A DNA stretch of 64,000 nt from NCBI GenBank assembly GCA_002104905.1, contig MCFE01000150.1, positions 89,306 through 153,305 on the forward strand. The letters run 5' to 3'. Origin of the DNA: Basidiobolus meristosporus CBS 931.73. Taxonomy: Eukaryota; Fungi; Basidiobolomycota. A program made the translations under genes and the position numbers. The notes under the pieces are model-generated. The model ran no database searches, was not told the origin of the DNA, and saw only the letters and a list, made by a program, of their open reading frames with translations. This document shows positions 11,940 to 24,272 of this stretch, one piece after another (the first letter of the stretch is position 1; every line of letters begins with the position of its first letter).

Positions 11940-13010
11940 TGTAGTGGGGTGACAGTGACCCCCACTGACAGATGTGCTCATTCCCCTATTTTCTACTTCC
12001 CAATATCTCTACTACACTTATTTTAGTTTTATCCCATTTGTCTTACCCAATCAGTACTATCCCATAAGCTGGTTGCCTATCACACCTGCTTACCTTATTG
12101 CATAAGTTACCCCTTACTTAATGTAAGATTACTAGCTACTAGTGCTTCTATATTAGGCAAGTACCCGCACCAGTACCCGTGTCACATGATCAACCCGTGT
12201 CACCATCCCTACCATTTCCATACCATATATGGTATCCCCATGTTACACAGGTTTCAGAATACTGATTCCTGATTGGTTGGATGTGCTGTGCCTCTTAGAA
12301 CCTTCCGGCACCTACTTAGAACATTCTTAGGTCATTCTGATGTCATTAAGATTTCTATTGATATCCGGAACCTTCTGGAACACCATGATTAGTAATCACT
12401 TAGCCAGTAAGAAAAGTATATAAAGGAGGCTCTCCCTCAACAATAAATCATCATCCCTTTTATCAATATACGAACTTGTTGATTAGTGTGATCACTGCTA
12501 CCTGCTGCTACCTGAACTTCCAACCCTAGACCACAGGACACTCCCAGGAAACCGCGCTGACAGCCAACTGACCTTGGAGGCACTACTTGTGAGGAATACT
12601 CAGAGTAGGTATCTTTTATTATATTTGATTCTTTCCCAAGTTTGTTCTTGTACAGGCAAAGATATTTTTCTATCTTTATAACTATTGACCACAGCTGCAT
12701 TCCTATCAAGTCCCTGCTGGTGGAGTTTACAGTTGTTTTGACTTTGGAAGCTTTAGTACATTGACATCTCAAAGGACGCTGAACCCAGCACATACTTTTG
12801 TTAAGACGCCAACTAAGTTGGGGATTGTAGCTCAATAGTTTTCCCTTGACAAGCTTGTGGCTTTATTCCCCTTCACATTAGATTAGAGACAGAACCCAAG
12901 TATTCCTAGCAAGCTTTTGCCAGAGGTTATTGCACCCAGTGAACACCCCACACACAAAACACTTGAGAAGTGTTGGACGTATCTCTCCCTTGGACTTATA
13001 CACCACCACA
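11940..13010 (+). repeat. Gypsy-B 5' LTR
   Basis: Direct repeat of 18044-19114, with TATATAAA near 12417. Confidence 0.95.
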
Positions 13011-13014
13011 TATT

Positions 13015-13031
13015 TGGCACCCAACGTGGGG
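13015..13031 (+). promoter_or_regulatory. Gypsy-B PBS, tRNA-Lys type
   Basis: TGGCACCCAACGTGGGG, 4 nt after the LTR, closely matches the known tRNA-Lys PBS TGGCGCCCAACGTGGGG. Confidence 0.75.
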
Positions 13032-13150
13032 GGTTCATACAAGCTCCCTAGGACCCAACAAGATTTACCTGAAGATTTGAGCTGTTATCCACCTATTGAA
13101 AAGAGACTACCGATATTACCAAGATTACAACACCAACCTACCTGGCCAAA

Positions 13151-16100
13151 ATGAACTCTATGCCATTACCACTCTCACATGGAGCCCCACAGTTTGATGG
13201 AAAGAATGTGGAAAGCTTCATATTCAAATGGGAGAAGCTCTGCAAGATGTGCAGCCTATCTGAACAAGAAATGGCTGAAGACTTCCCCTACTACTGCACC
13301 GATGATATTACCACTAAGCTTCTCAGACAAGGAGACATTCTCACTGACTGGGCCTTAATGAAGACCTACCTACAGACCAAGTATGGTAGACCCCAGATAT
13401 ACTATGGAATTGAAGACCTCAGGCACTTTGGAAGAACTGGACTTTCCAAGCTACCACTTGAAGAGTTCATTCAACAGTGTGACAATATGGCCAAGCCACT
13501 CCTAGAGTCCCAGGCTATAACTGAGTTTACCATGACACTTTACCTTGCACAAGGGCTTCCCCAGGACTTGGCAAGGAAAGATGACTTACATGCAGCCAAG
13601 GATGACAAGTCTGGCATTCCTTGCTTTGCAGAGATGAAACGTGTTCTCCTAGAGGCAAAGCAAACTTCTACCTTTATGAGACTCCTGACATCTAATGTGC
13701 CAGACCAGTCAACCAAGGAGCCAAGGAGTGCTGCTGCTGACAATCAGACCTACACTACCAACAGAATTGACCAACTTGCTGAAGAGCTACAAAAGCTAGC
13801 CCTCAAGATTAATGGCTCAGCCGAGGTTGCCACTGATGGACAAAGACCTTTGCCCAGGCACTGCATCTGGTGTGACTCTACTCAGCATGCCAGACAAGAA
13901 TGCTCAGAGCTTAGTCAGCTACTCAGAGAAGGAGCAGTACAGTTTGATGCTGATGGAATGCTTGCTGACAAGGAAGGAAGAAGGATTCCCACTAATTTCC
14001 AAAGAGGAGGGATGAGAGCCCTTTTCCAGAAATCTGACTCAGCAACCAGAAAGATTACTTTTGATGCCCCTATTGGGACTCATAAAGTGAATCCAAGCAG
14101 CCCTGACAACAGACAACATGAAGTTGATGCCTTTGCTACCAAAAGACACCTTGCTGAAGAACCTGCCAAGCCCATCCTTAGAAGACCACGCTTTGAAGAA
14201 CCTGAAGTTGTTATTGACAAGAGGCCTAGTATGCTGCCCACCCAAGATCCATTGCCTCACTTTCAGATGACCTCAAAGATAGCAAGCTACTCAAGCCCTC
14301 AACTGATTACTGAGAAGCTGCTGAAGCAGAACCTCACTTTGTCGGTTGGAGAAATCATGAGTGTATCCCCATCTGTTAGGAAGACCTTTGATGAGCAGCT
14401 TAGAACAAGACAACAAGCTGTTGAACATATGGACACTCATATAATTCAGACAAACCATGAAGACCACCAAAAGGATGACAACACTACTGAATATAAGACC
14501 TTTAACTCAGTTGTAAATGCTGTGGTGAAAGGGTATATATATGATGACCCTGTTGACTGCCATATTGACAGTGGCTCAGAGATTTGTGTTATGCCGCTAG
14601 ACTTCTGGAAGACACTTAAAAGCAAGGAGCTACTGCCTGTTGATAGAGATATTGGATGGAACATGACCGATGCAAACTCAGGATCTAGTCCACTCTATGG
14701 TGTAGTACACAAGTTTCCTATTGAGGTACAAGGAATCAAGGTCTGGCTTCCCCTCTTCATCTGCCAGAAGGCAAACTTTGACCTTCTGCTAGGTAGACCA
14801 TGGGAAGCCAGTACTAAGGCTACAACTACCAACTATTCCAATGGGTCAGTATGGTACACCATACAAGGATCCAACCCAGGACTACAGTCAACCTTCTGTG
14901 GTGTAACACCCAACAATAAGAGGACACATACTGCCTGCCAGAAGACACATCTTGTTATGGAAGAAGATGAAGAGCCTCACAATATACACCCCAACATTTG
15001 GAGCTGCTCATTAGGTATACAGGAGCAGACTGCTATGGTTCGGACAAAATACAAGACAGTAGAACAGATGATTAGACCATCACTTACACCTTTGACTGAT
15101 GGATCCCGACCTGCTGATTACATTAGACCACCAGAAGAAACACCAGATGATACACAACTTACACCTGAGAGACTTAAGCAACTTATCATTGGTGATGGAA
15201 ACCTTACACCAGAGGAGATACTATTATTTAAGGAGACCTTGAAAAGGCATGATAAGGTCTTCTCATATAATGACAAGGAGATGGGACTCTTAAAGACATC
15301 AGTTGAAAAACCCATCAAGATTCATACAGTGCCCCACACACCCTGGTCATTTAAGCCTTACCCACTGCCCAGAGGACTCCAAGCTGATGTGCATGACCTA
15401 CTTAAGAAGAAGATAGAAGCTGGTATCCTAGAACCTTGCCATGGACCCTATGCTAACAGATGGTTTGTGACCAAAAAGAAGAATGGAAAGCTCCAATTCA
15501 TTCAAGACATGCAACCTGCAAATGCTGTCACTATCAGAGATGCTGCTATACCTCCATCTATTGATGACTTTGCAGAAAGCTTTAGTGGCCACTCCATCTA
15601 CTCAACATACGATCTCTACTCAGGATATGACCAGATTCCCCTTGATGAGACATCAAGAGATATGTTTGCGCTACAGACACCATTTGGACTATTAAGGATG
15701 ACAAGACTCAGCCAAGGGGCTACAAACTCCGTGGCTCAGTTCCAGAGATGCATGGTGAATGTGCTATACCAGTTTATACTTGAGAAACTTGCTGTCTTTG
15801 TTGATGACATAGGCATCAAAAGACCAAAAACCCGGGACACCACTGGAGTCATGCCTGGAGTCAGAAAGTTTGTCTATGATCATATTTCAGACAATGATGC
15901 CATATTAGGAGCCATTGAAGAAGCTGGACTCACCATCAGTGGTGAGAAAAGCAGCTTTGGTGTATCAGAGATATCCATTGTTGGACAAAAATGCAATACC
16001 TTTGGTCGCTCACCTGGCAATTCCAAGACACAAAAGATATGCAACTGGCCTACCCCCACAAATCTAACACAAGCTCGTGGCTTTGTGGCAGCTTGTGGGT

Positions 16101-18004
16101 TCTTTAGGATCTGGATCCCAAGATTTTCTGAGATAGCAGAACCAATCTACCGACTACCGAGAAAGAATACCCCATTTATCTGGGGAGAAGAGCAAGAAGA
16201 AGCCATGCAATTACTGAAAGAGGCCTTAGTATCTCCACCAGTTCTAAGACCTCTTGACTATCAAAACACTGAATGCCCACCTATTTTGACAGTGGATGCA
16301 AGCCCTATAGGAGCTGGAGCACTACTTGGACAAGATGATGAAGATGGCAATTGCTATGCCTGCAGATATGAGAGCTGCCTATTCTCTCTTAGAGAGCAAA
16401 GATACTCACAGATTAAAAGAGAACTACTAGGAGTTGTGAAGATGCTGAGGAAGCTGAAGTCACAACTCTACATGACACATTTTATCCTGGAGACAGATGC
16501 CAAGCCACTTATAGGAATGATCAACAAGCCTGACCTACCTGATGATGCCACAAACCAATGGATGGCATGGCTGAAAATGTTTGACTTTGAGGTCAGACAT
16601 ATCCCTGGCAAGACAAATGTTGTGGCTGATGCACTCTCCCGGAAGGGACCACAATTATTTGAAGACTTGGACCCTCACTTTGATGATATTATTGATGCAG
16701 AGATCCGACGAATTGCCATCAAAGACCAAGAGAGAACTACCTGGAGTCTGATCAAGGAATATCTAAGGACTCTTAAAGAACCTAGTTGGATGGAAATTCA
16801 GGAGTTTAGAAAACTCAGGAAGAAGGCACATCACTACTATCTTAAAGATGATCTTCTCTTTAAGCGAGTGAAGCCTGGACTTATGCCAAGAAGAGTAGTC
16901 ACTACCCCTCAAGAGCAACTGAACATCATGACAAGTATCCACCAAGGAGAACCAGGAGGACATAGAGGACGAGAAGCCACCTACTATACCACAGCTCAGA
17001 GGTACTACTGGGAAAACATGTACTATGATATTCAACACTTTGTTGAGTCATGTGTAGCCTGCCAGAAGAGATCCTCCAAGTGTTATGAAGAACCACTGCA
17101 TCCTACTTACACAATCTGTTTATGGCAAAAGGTTGGTATTGACCTTGTCCACATGCCAACAGCTGGATCAAAAAAGTACCTGATTGTTGCTAGAGATGAC
17201 CTTAGTGGATGGGCAGAGGCTCAAGCCTTGCCCAACAACAAGAGCCATACCATATGGAGATTTATACTTGAAGACATCATCTGCAGATTTGGCTGCATCC
17301 AACAGTTTGTTGCTGACAGAGGAGAGATGACATCCCAAATGATCCAGGAGTTGTGCTCAAAGTACAAGATACACATTGCTTTTACAACCGCTTACCACCC
17401 TCAAGCCAATGGAATGATAGAGAGAGGACATGGACCATTGGTGAACTCTCTTGTCAAGGCCTGTGAGAATAACACAACACTGTGGCCACAGCAATTACAT
17501 CTTGCACTCTGGGCAGATAGAATTACTACCAAGAGAACAACTGGATTATCACCATTCAAACTACTCTATGGACATGACTGCACACTACCAGTTGAGTTAA
17601 ACACAGTCACTTGGAACTCATTGAATTGGAGATCCAATATGCAGACTGAAGACCTCCTTGCAACTTGCATACAGCAACTTGATCACCATGACTTGAATAT
17701 CAGCAGAGCTGCTGAACAACTTAAGGATACACAACTAAAGAACAAGATGCCCTTTGACAAATCACACCCAACAAGACCAAAACCACTATCACTAGGAGAC
17801 CCAGTATTACTCTATGATTCTACCTTGGACAAGCAATGGAGTCGGAAGTTTGACAACAAATGGACTGGCCCCTACCTCATTTCCAAAGTGATTGGAAATG
17901 GAAGTTATTACATATCTGAGCTTGACAACACCCAGTTGAGAGCACCAGTTGCTGGATATCGACTTAAGTTATTCAAGCATAGGAATTTTGCACATGAAGA
18001 TTAG
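13151..18004 (+). CDS. Gypsy-B gag-pol polyprotein, 1617 aa
   Basis: CIWCDSTQHARQEC knuckle, IDSGSEIC protease, YDLYSGYDQI/FVDD RT, TVDAS RNase H, H..H/C..C and IDL/DRGE/ERGH integrase. No stops. Confidence 0.95.
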   Translation: MNSMPLPLSHGAPQFDGKNVESFIFKWEKLCKMCSLSEQEMAEDFPYYCTDDITTKLLRQGDILTDWALMKTYLQTKYGRPQIYYGIEDLRHFGRTGLSKLPLEEFIQQCDNMAKPLLESQAITEFTMTLYLAQGLPQDLARKDDLHAAKDDKSGIPCFAEMKRVLLEAKQTSTFMRLLTSNVPDQSTKEPRSAAADNQTYTTNRIDQLAEELQKLALKINGSAEVATDGQRPLPRHCIWCDSTQHARQECSELSQLLREGAVQFDADGMLADKEGRRIPTNFQRGGMRALFQKSDSATRKITFDAPIGTHKVNPSSPDNRQHEVDAFATKRHLAEEPAKPILRRPRFEEPEVVIDKRPSMLPTQDPLPHFQMTSKIASYSSPQLITEKLLKQNLTLSVGEIMSVSPSVRKTFDEQLRTRQQAVEHMDTHIIQTNHEDHQKDDNTTEYKTFNSVVNAVVKGYIYDDPVDCHIDSGSEICVMPLDFWKTLKSKELLPVDRDIGWNMTDANSGSSPLYGVVHKFPIEVQGIKVWLPLFICQKANFDLLLGRPWEASTKATTTNYSNGSVWYTIQGSNPGLQSTFCGVTPNNKRTHTACQKTHLVMEEDEEPHNIHPNIWSCSLGIQEQTAMVRTKYKTVEQMIRPSLTPLTDGSRPADYIRPPEETPDDTQLTPERLKQLIIGDGNLTPEEILLFKETLKRHDKVFSYNDKEMGLLKTSVEKPIKIHTVPHTPWSFKPYPLPRGLQADVHDLLKKKIEAGILEPCHGPYANRWFVTKKKNGKLQFIQDMQPANAVTIRDAAIPPSIDDFAESFSGHSIYSTYDLYSGYDQIPLDETSRDMFALQTPFGLLRMTRLSQGATNSVAQFQRCMVNVLYQFILEKLAVFVDDIGIKRPKTRDTTGVMPGVRKFVYDHISDNDAILGAIEEAGLTISGEKSSFGVSEISIVGQKCNTFGRSPGNSKTQKICNWPTPTNLTQARGFVAACGFFRIWIPRFSEIAEPIYRLPRKNTPFIWGEEQEEAMQLLKEALVSPPVLRPLDYQNTECPPILTVDASPIGAGALLGQDDEDGNCYACRYESCLFSLREQRYSQIKRELLGVVKMLRKLKSQLYMTHFILETDAKPLIGMINKPDLPDDATNQWMAWLKMFDFEVRHIPGKTNVVADALSRKGPQLFEDLDPHFDDIIDAEIRRIAIKDQERTTWSLIKEYLRTLKEPSWMEIQEFRKLRKKAHHYYLKDDLLFKRVKPGLMPRRVVTTPQEQLNIMTSIHQGEPGGHRGREATYYTTAQRYYWENMYYDIQHFVESCVACQKRSSKCYEEPLHPTYTICLWQKVGIDLVHMPTAGSKKYLIVARDDLSGWAEAQALPNNKSHTIWRFILEDIICRFGCIQQFVADRGEMTSQMIQELCSKYKIHIAFTTAYHPQANGMIERGHGPLVNSLVKACENNTTLWPQQLHLALWADRITTKRTTGLSPFKLLYGHDCTLPVELNTVTWNSLNWRSNMQTEDLLATCIQQLDHHDLNISRAAEQLKDTQLKNKMPFDKSHPTRPKPLSLGDPVLLYDSTLDKQWSRKFDNKWTGPYLISKVIGNGSYYISELDNTQLRAPVAGYRLKLFKHRNFAHED

Positions 18005-18043
18005 TTTGCTTTGACCCAAGTTCAAAGCTGAGAGGGGGGTGGA

Positions 18044-19114
18044 TGTAGTGGGGTGACAGTGACACCCACTGACAGATGTGCTCATTCCCCTATTTTCTAC
18101 TTCCCTATATCTCTACTACACTTGTTTTAGTTTTATCCCATTTGTCTTACCCAATCAGTACTATCCCATAAGCTGGTTGCCTATCACACCTGCTTACCTT
18201 ATTGCATAAGTTACCCCTCACTTTATGTAAGATTACTAGCTACAAGTGCTTCTATATTAGGCAAGTACCCGCGCCAGTACCCGTGACACATAATCAGCCC
18301 GTGTCACCATCCCTACCATTTCCATACCATATATGGTATCCCCATGTTACACAGGTTTCAGAATACTGATTCCTGATTGGTTGGATGTGCTGTGCCTCTT
18401 AGAACCTTCCGGCACCTACTTAGAACATTCTTAGGTCATTCTGATGTCATTAAGATTTCTATTGATATCCGGAACCTTCTGGAACACCATGATTAGTAAT
18501 CACTTAGCCAGTAAGAAAAGTATATAAGGGAGGCTCTCCCTCAACAATAAATCATCATCCCTTTTATCAATATACGAACTTGTTGATTAGTGTGATCACT
18601 ACTACCTGCTGCTACCTGAACTTCCAACCCTAGACCACAGGACACTCCCAGGAAACCGCGCTGACAGCCAACTGACCTTGGAGGCACTACTTGTGAGGAA
18701 TACTCAGAGTAGGTATCTTTTATTATATTTGATTCTTTCCCAAGTTTGTTCTTGTACAGGCAAAGATATTTTTCTATCTTTATAACTATTGACCACAGCT
18801 GCATTCCTATCAAGTCCCTGCTGGTGGAGTTTACAGTTGTTTTGACTTTGGAAGCTTTAGTACATTGACATCTCAAAGGACGCTGAACCCAGCACATACT
18901 TTTGTTAAGACGCCAACTAAGTTGGGGATTGTAGCTCAATAGTTTTCCCTTGACAAGCTTGTGGCTTTATTCCCCTTCACATTAGATTAGAGACAGAACC
19001 CAAGTATTCCTAGCAAGCTTTTGCCAGAGGTTATTGCACCCAGTGAACACCCCACACACAAAACACTTGAGAAGTGTTGGACGTATCTCTCCCTTGGACT
19101 TATACACCACCACA
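18044..19114 (+). repeat. Gypsy-B 3' LTR
   Basis: Follows the PPT. About 12 substitutions versus the 5' LTR by eye. Confidence 0.95.
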
Positions 19115-19535
19115 CCGCCCTTGTGACAAGTTGGATTTCAAGAAACTTGGTCCCTTCAAGATCAAGATGAAGCTTAGCCCTATAGTATATCAGCTACAGT
19201 TACCAGCAAGTATGAAAATCCATGATACTTTCCATGTGTCCCTCCTGGAGCCATATTGTAGGAACACCTTGCCAAACTGGCAAGAAGCAAAGCCCCAAGC
19301 CATCCAGGTTGACCAACATCAAGAATTTGAAGTTAAACAGATTCTAGACTCCAAGTATATCCTGTCAAAGCTGTACTACTTAGTAGACTGGATTGGTTAC
19401 AACCCAAGTGACCAAACATGGGAACCAGCTACCCATCTCACTAATTGTCAAGAACTAGTTACCCAGTTCCACCAACAATATCCTGCAAAACCTGCCCCAA
19501 AGGGAAACAGAGCTTTGCCTGGAAGTGGAGAATAG
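19115..19535 (+). pseudogene. Gypsy-A integrase C-terminus with chromodomain
   Basis: KLGPFKI..YQLQLP..IHDTFHVSLLEPY followed by a chromodomain ending FHQQYP. Confidence 0.9.
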
Positions 19536-20056
19536 TGTCATGATCACATGACAACTATGAACACCCATGCCAAGTTTCAGCTTCCTAGCTCAATTTCTAA
19601 GAGATTCCTTCTGGAACCTTCTACCACCTTCCAGAAAGTTCCTGACCATTCCAAACCATCGTTACACAATGGAACATTCCATGGAAGCTTTCCATTGTAT
19701 TTTTCATAGTCCAGTACCATATATGGAAATACCAGGTCACATGACTTAGTCACATGATCTGGTGACCCAGTCCATTTCCCCATCCTGTCTCAGTGCCGTG
19801 TCATCTATGTCATTATCCCCAGCACCATTGCTGTGCCTCACCCCACAACCCCATTAGTATTAGCTAATATCTCTTGGCATCAGTATAGCCAAAAAGTATA
19901 TATAGTCCTATCCCCCCTTAAGTATTCCTCAGTCTGATAAACACAGGTCTTGAATAAACAGCCTTGCCTTGAATCCTGTCTTGCCTTGATGGTCCACACC
20001 TAAGTCCTTTCCTGCTGTGCCTAGCTCTTCCTCCTGCCTTGTGTCTATTCATAACA
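19536..20056 (+). repeat. Gypsy-A 3' LTR
   Basis: Direct repeat of 6976-7496, followed by TSD ATTTT. Confidence 0.95.
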
Positions 20057-20061
20057 ATTTT

Positions 20062-20290
20062 CACCAAAACACCAGGTACCCAGAACATGAAAATTCTCAA
20101 GTTGTCCAAACAGCCCCAAACTTTGAGCACATGTTCTTGGGACCTTCTTTAATCTATTCTACATGCTTGTTATGCCAAGACCAGGTAAAAGTATAAATAC
20201 CACGTTTACATCCAATAAATTATTAAGTGAACACCACATAATCTACTTGTTCCCCAAATCACTTCCAATATCTCCAAAACTCTTACAACT
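20062..20290 (+). repeat. Right part of the central copia LTR
   Basis: CACCAAAACACCAGG...CTCTTACAACT, colinear with the LTR at 24273-24620 and followed by the PBS GGTTATGAGCCCC. Confidence 0.9.
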
Positions 20291-23200
20291 GGTTATGAGC
20301 CCCAAGCTGTCACTCTCTGCAATGTCTACTACTGCTATTACTGGAGTTTCCCCCTCTGCTGAAAAGTTGGATGGATCAAACTACCAAGTGTGGAAGGTGA
20401 AGATGAAGATGCTACTACAAGAAAGAGGCCTTTGGGATATTTTCATGGGAGAAGAATGCCCTCCTAAAAACGTGGGAGAGGATGCCTTGAAGAACCAGAT
20501 GAAAGAACAAAGTGCCTTTAACTGCATTTGCCTTAATGTTATGGACAAATTGCTTATTCAATGCTCAAGAGCAAAAATGACAAAGAATGCCTGGAAGGCA
20601 TTAGAAGACACCTACCCATCATGTTCAGCTGCCAAGAAGATGTATTTGAGACAAATATTCTCTACTACAAAGATGCTGCCAGGAGAAGAAATGAAAAATC
20701 TAATTAACAGAATTACCCTGCTGGTAGATGAGATGGAATCTGTGGGTGTACCAACTACTGATGAGGATGTGATAGTTACCATCCTGAATAGCCTGACAGA
20801 CAAGTTTCAGGGCCTTGTATCAGCCCCAGAGTCCAGAACTGAAGATTTAACATTTAATTACGTATATGGAAGGCTCCTGGATGAAGAATTAAGAAAATCA
20901 AGCGCCAATAAGAAGGAAGACAAAAATGCTTTAATAAGCAATGAAACCAGCAAAGGAGGTACCCAAGACCCTACAAAGGTAACAGCAACCTATTTTGTAA
21001 CTACTGCAAAAGGAAAGGACACACATCAGACCAGTGTCTCAAAAAGAAAGATAATCAGCAAAAGAAGCCTGAATATGGAAAGGCTACAACAACTGAAGAT
21101 AGACTATTCACATCTGCACTAAATATGACCTCAAACAAGGATTCTGAGACATGGTATATTGACTCTGAAGCATCTCAACACTTTACACACCAAAAAGAAC
21201 CTTTTACCCAATATCAAGAAATTCCAATTAAGAAGGTTTTCATAGGTGACAATAGTACACTTGATGCAGTGGGAGAAGGAACTATCCAAGTAAACCTTAG
21301 AAGCAGTGAAGGAAGCCATACACTGACTTTCAAAGAAGTACTCTATGTACCAGAAATAGCCAAGAACCTACTCTCTGTAAGCAAGGCCACAGCAGAAGGA
21401 CTCAGTTTCAGATTTGACAATTCTGGATGCAGGATCACTGATCAAAATGGTGCCCATATTGCTTTGGGCATCAGAGATCAGAATCTATACCAGTTGACTT
21501 ATATTCCATTATATCTGGAAGCCAATATAAGTGACTTAAATAAAGAAGCACCAATGCTTTGGCATAGGAGATTTGGACACATCATTTTTGATTATTTGCA
21601 TAAATGATCAAAGATCAGCTAATTTCTGGAGTGAAAATTGATCCCCCAGCTAATTTGGAGCACTGTGAAGCCTGCATATACGGGAAACAAGCTAGACAAC
21701 TATTCAAGGGCTCTGGGTTAATCAAAACTAAGAAAAAATTGGATCGAATTCACTCAGATCAGTGTGGACCTATGCCAAATTTATCCTTAGGCAGGATGAA
21801 GTATTTAATCACTTTTATTGATGATTATACAAGATACACATGAGTCTACTTCATGGAGAGAAGACAATAAGCTCTGTCTAAGTTCAGGGAGCTCAAAGCC
21901 ATGGTGGAGAGAGAAACTGGTTAAAAAATCAAGAGAGTACGCTCTGACAATGGTGGAGAATATACCTCAAAACTCTTCATCCACTTCTGCAAATTCATGG
22001 AATAAAGCAAGAGACTACTGTACCATACTTCCCACAGCAAAATGGAGTAGCAGAATGTGCTAACAGAGCAATAATTGATATGGCAAGATCTATGATCCAT
22101 GATCAAAAATTATCCTATGATTTTTGAGCAGAATCAGTTGCCACTGCTGTATACCATAAAAATAGGAGTTATAGCAGGATACCTTGTGATTCTACTCCAT
22201 TTGAAGCATGGCATGGATGCAAACCAAGTGCAGAACATCTAAGAATATTTGGGTGTACAGCATATGCCCAAAAACTGGCCAGAAATCAGTCAAAATTTGG
22301 GCCAAAAGGTGTAAAATGCATACTTTTGGGCTACTGCAATGAGAGTAAGGCATACAGACTCTACAATACCAAAGCAAAGAAGCTGATCAAGTTCAGGGAT
22401 GTGTTGTTTGATGAAAATTCCACATTTTCACAAAACATGACATCAGATCATGACAAAAAATTGATCTCAAATCCACAAATTGTCAGGATAGAGTCAGAAC
22501 AAAACAATGAGAGCTTTTTCACTCCAGAGGACCCTACAACCATGGTTCAGCCAGAATTAGTGCCCAGGAATATCCCAGAAGTGATCATTCCAGTATCAAA
22601 TGCCCAGAGATCCAACTGGACAAGAAATAGCCCAAATTACTATATCAATGAAAGTACAAACTTAGCGTATGCCTATTCAGTCCATATTGCAGAACCCCAG
22701 ACTGTAAAAGAGGCCCTAAATAGCCCTCAGACAAAGTCTTGGAGATCTGCAATGACTGAGGAATATCAGGCCCTGATGGAAAATTAAACTTGGGACTTAG
22801 TCAAATTACCAATCAACCAAAAATCAATTGGATGCAGATGGGTCTTCAAGACAAAATACATGGCTGATGGTAAAGTTGAAAGATACAAAGCAAGGCTTGT
22901 AGCCAAAGGATAGTCTCAAACTAAAGGACTTGACTATACTGAGACCTTTGCATCGGTAGCCAAGTTTAATTCCATCAGATTAATATTGGCTATTGCAGCC
23001 AAATATAATTTTTTTATTCATCAAATGGATGTAAAAACTGTATTGTTGAATGAAGAACTTGATGAGGCCATGTATATGGACCAGCCTTATGGGTTTTTTG
23101 ACCAAGATAACCCCCATTTGGTCTGCAAGCTTAAAAAGTCACTCTATGGTCTCAAACAATCACCAAGAGCCTGGAATTGCAAGATGGATTCTTATTTGGA

Positions 23201-24272
23201 ATCTTTGAGTTTCAAAAGAAGTTATGCTGACTATAGTATATACTATAAGCCAGATATAGCAAATCCAGTTCTACTAGCTCTATATGTGGATGATCTTATT
23301 ATAGCCACCAATAACCTAGAAACATTTGAAGAGACTAAGTCCAGCCTATCTAAGGAGTTCAAGATGTCCAATCTAGGAGAACTTAGTTACTACTTAGGGG
23401 TTAAATTCTCCATAGACAAAAGTACCCAGACTATCACCCTAAGTCAATCCAAGTATATTCAAGATATACTAAAGAAGTACAAAATGGAAGACTGTAAACC
23501 AGCAGCTACCTCTATGGAGACAAACCTTAACTTGGTCAAAACTCAACCAAATCAAGCAAGCTTGGTGCCATCTGAAAGCTCTGACTTTCCTTATCAATCT
23601 ATGGTCAGCAGTTGGATGTATATCATGCTTGGAACACGTCCAGATATCTCATATTCAGTGGGAGTTGTCAGTCAACATAATCAGAACTATGGATCTGATC
23701 ATGTTGCAGCAGTTAAGTGGATTTTTAGATACCTAAAAGGAACTGCTGATATCTGCTTAAGATGCACCTATAAGGATTCAGAACAGGATCTTGTGGGATA
23801 CTCCAATGCTGATTAGGGACAAAATTTGGAAGACAGAAGATCCACCACAGGTTACACCTTTCTTTACTGTAAAGGAGCAATTTCATGAAATTCAAGAAAG
23901 CAAACAACTGTAGCACTTTCTACCACAGGGGCAGAGTACATGGCAGCCTGTAAAGCTACAAATGAAGCAATGTGGCTAAGAAAGCTTTTTACAGACTTAG
24001 GCCTATGTCAAAAAATGGCTATTACTTTATTTCAAGATAATCAAGGATGTATACAATTAGGTAGAAATCCAACTTTTTGTGCAAGAACCAAGCACATAGA
24101 TATCAGACATCATTTCACATGTGAAGCTATAGAAAATAACTTAGTTAGCTTAGTTTACTGTCCTACAGATGAAATGATTGCAGACATTTACCAAGCCATT
24201 AGCTAGAGACAAGTTTGAATATTTTAGGTCAAAATTAGGACTAGTCAGTGTTTACATTTAGCTGAGTGAGAG
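20291..24272 (+). pseudogene. Copia copy 2 internal region, defective
   Basis: gag ATG at 20322 (MSTTAITG). Same domain order and motifs as copy 1, with multiple stops. Confidence 0.95.

Larger units (their letters stand above)
11940..19114 (+). mobile_element. Gypsy-B: non-chromoviral Ty3/gypsy with long LTRs and a single uninterrupted ORF
   Basis: 1071-bp LTRs TGTAGTGG...CCACCACA (11940-13010, 18044-19114). 4-bp TSD CCGC (11936-11939, 19115-19118). PPT GAGAGGGGGGTGGA. Removing it restores the host integrase reading STNR-PCDKLDFKKLGPF. Confidence 0.95.
6976..20056 (+). mobile_element. Gypsy-A: chromodomain Ty3/gypsy (chromovirus), defective, interrupted by Gypsy-B
   Basis: 521-bp LTRs TG...CA (6976-7496, 19536-20056) with about 6 substitutions by eye. 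5-bp TSD ATTTT. gag CCHC knuckle, PR IDSGA, RT YLDD, RNase H ETDAS, IN HHCC/DDE, and a C-terminal chromodomain (EFEVKQILD..YLVDWIGY..TWEP). Confidence 0.95.

Noticed and set aside
12437-12835. Duplicated 132-aa minus-strand ORF (also 18541-18939)
   Set aside because: It lies inside the LTRs, has no recognisable domain, and is duplicated only because the LTR is.
12592-12907. Captured SRP RNA, RNase P/MRP or group I intron as the identity of the shared module
   Set aside because: Only short chance-level resemblances, not conserved in the Gypsy-A copy; the diagnostic core motifs are absent.
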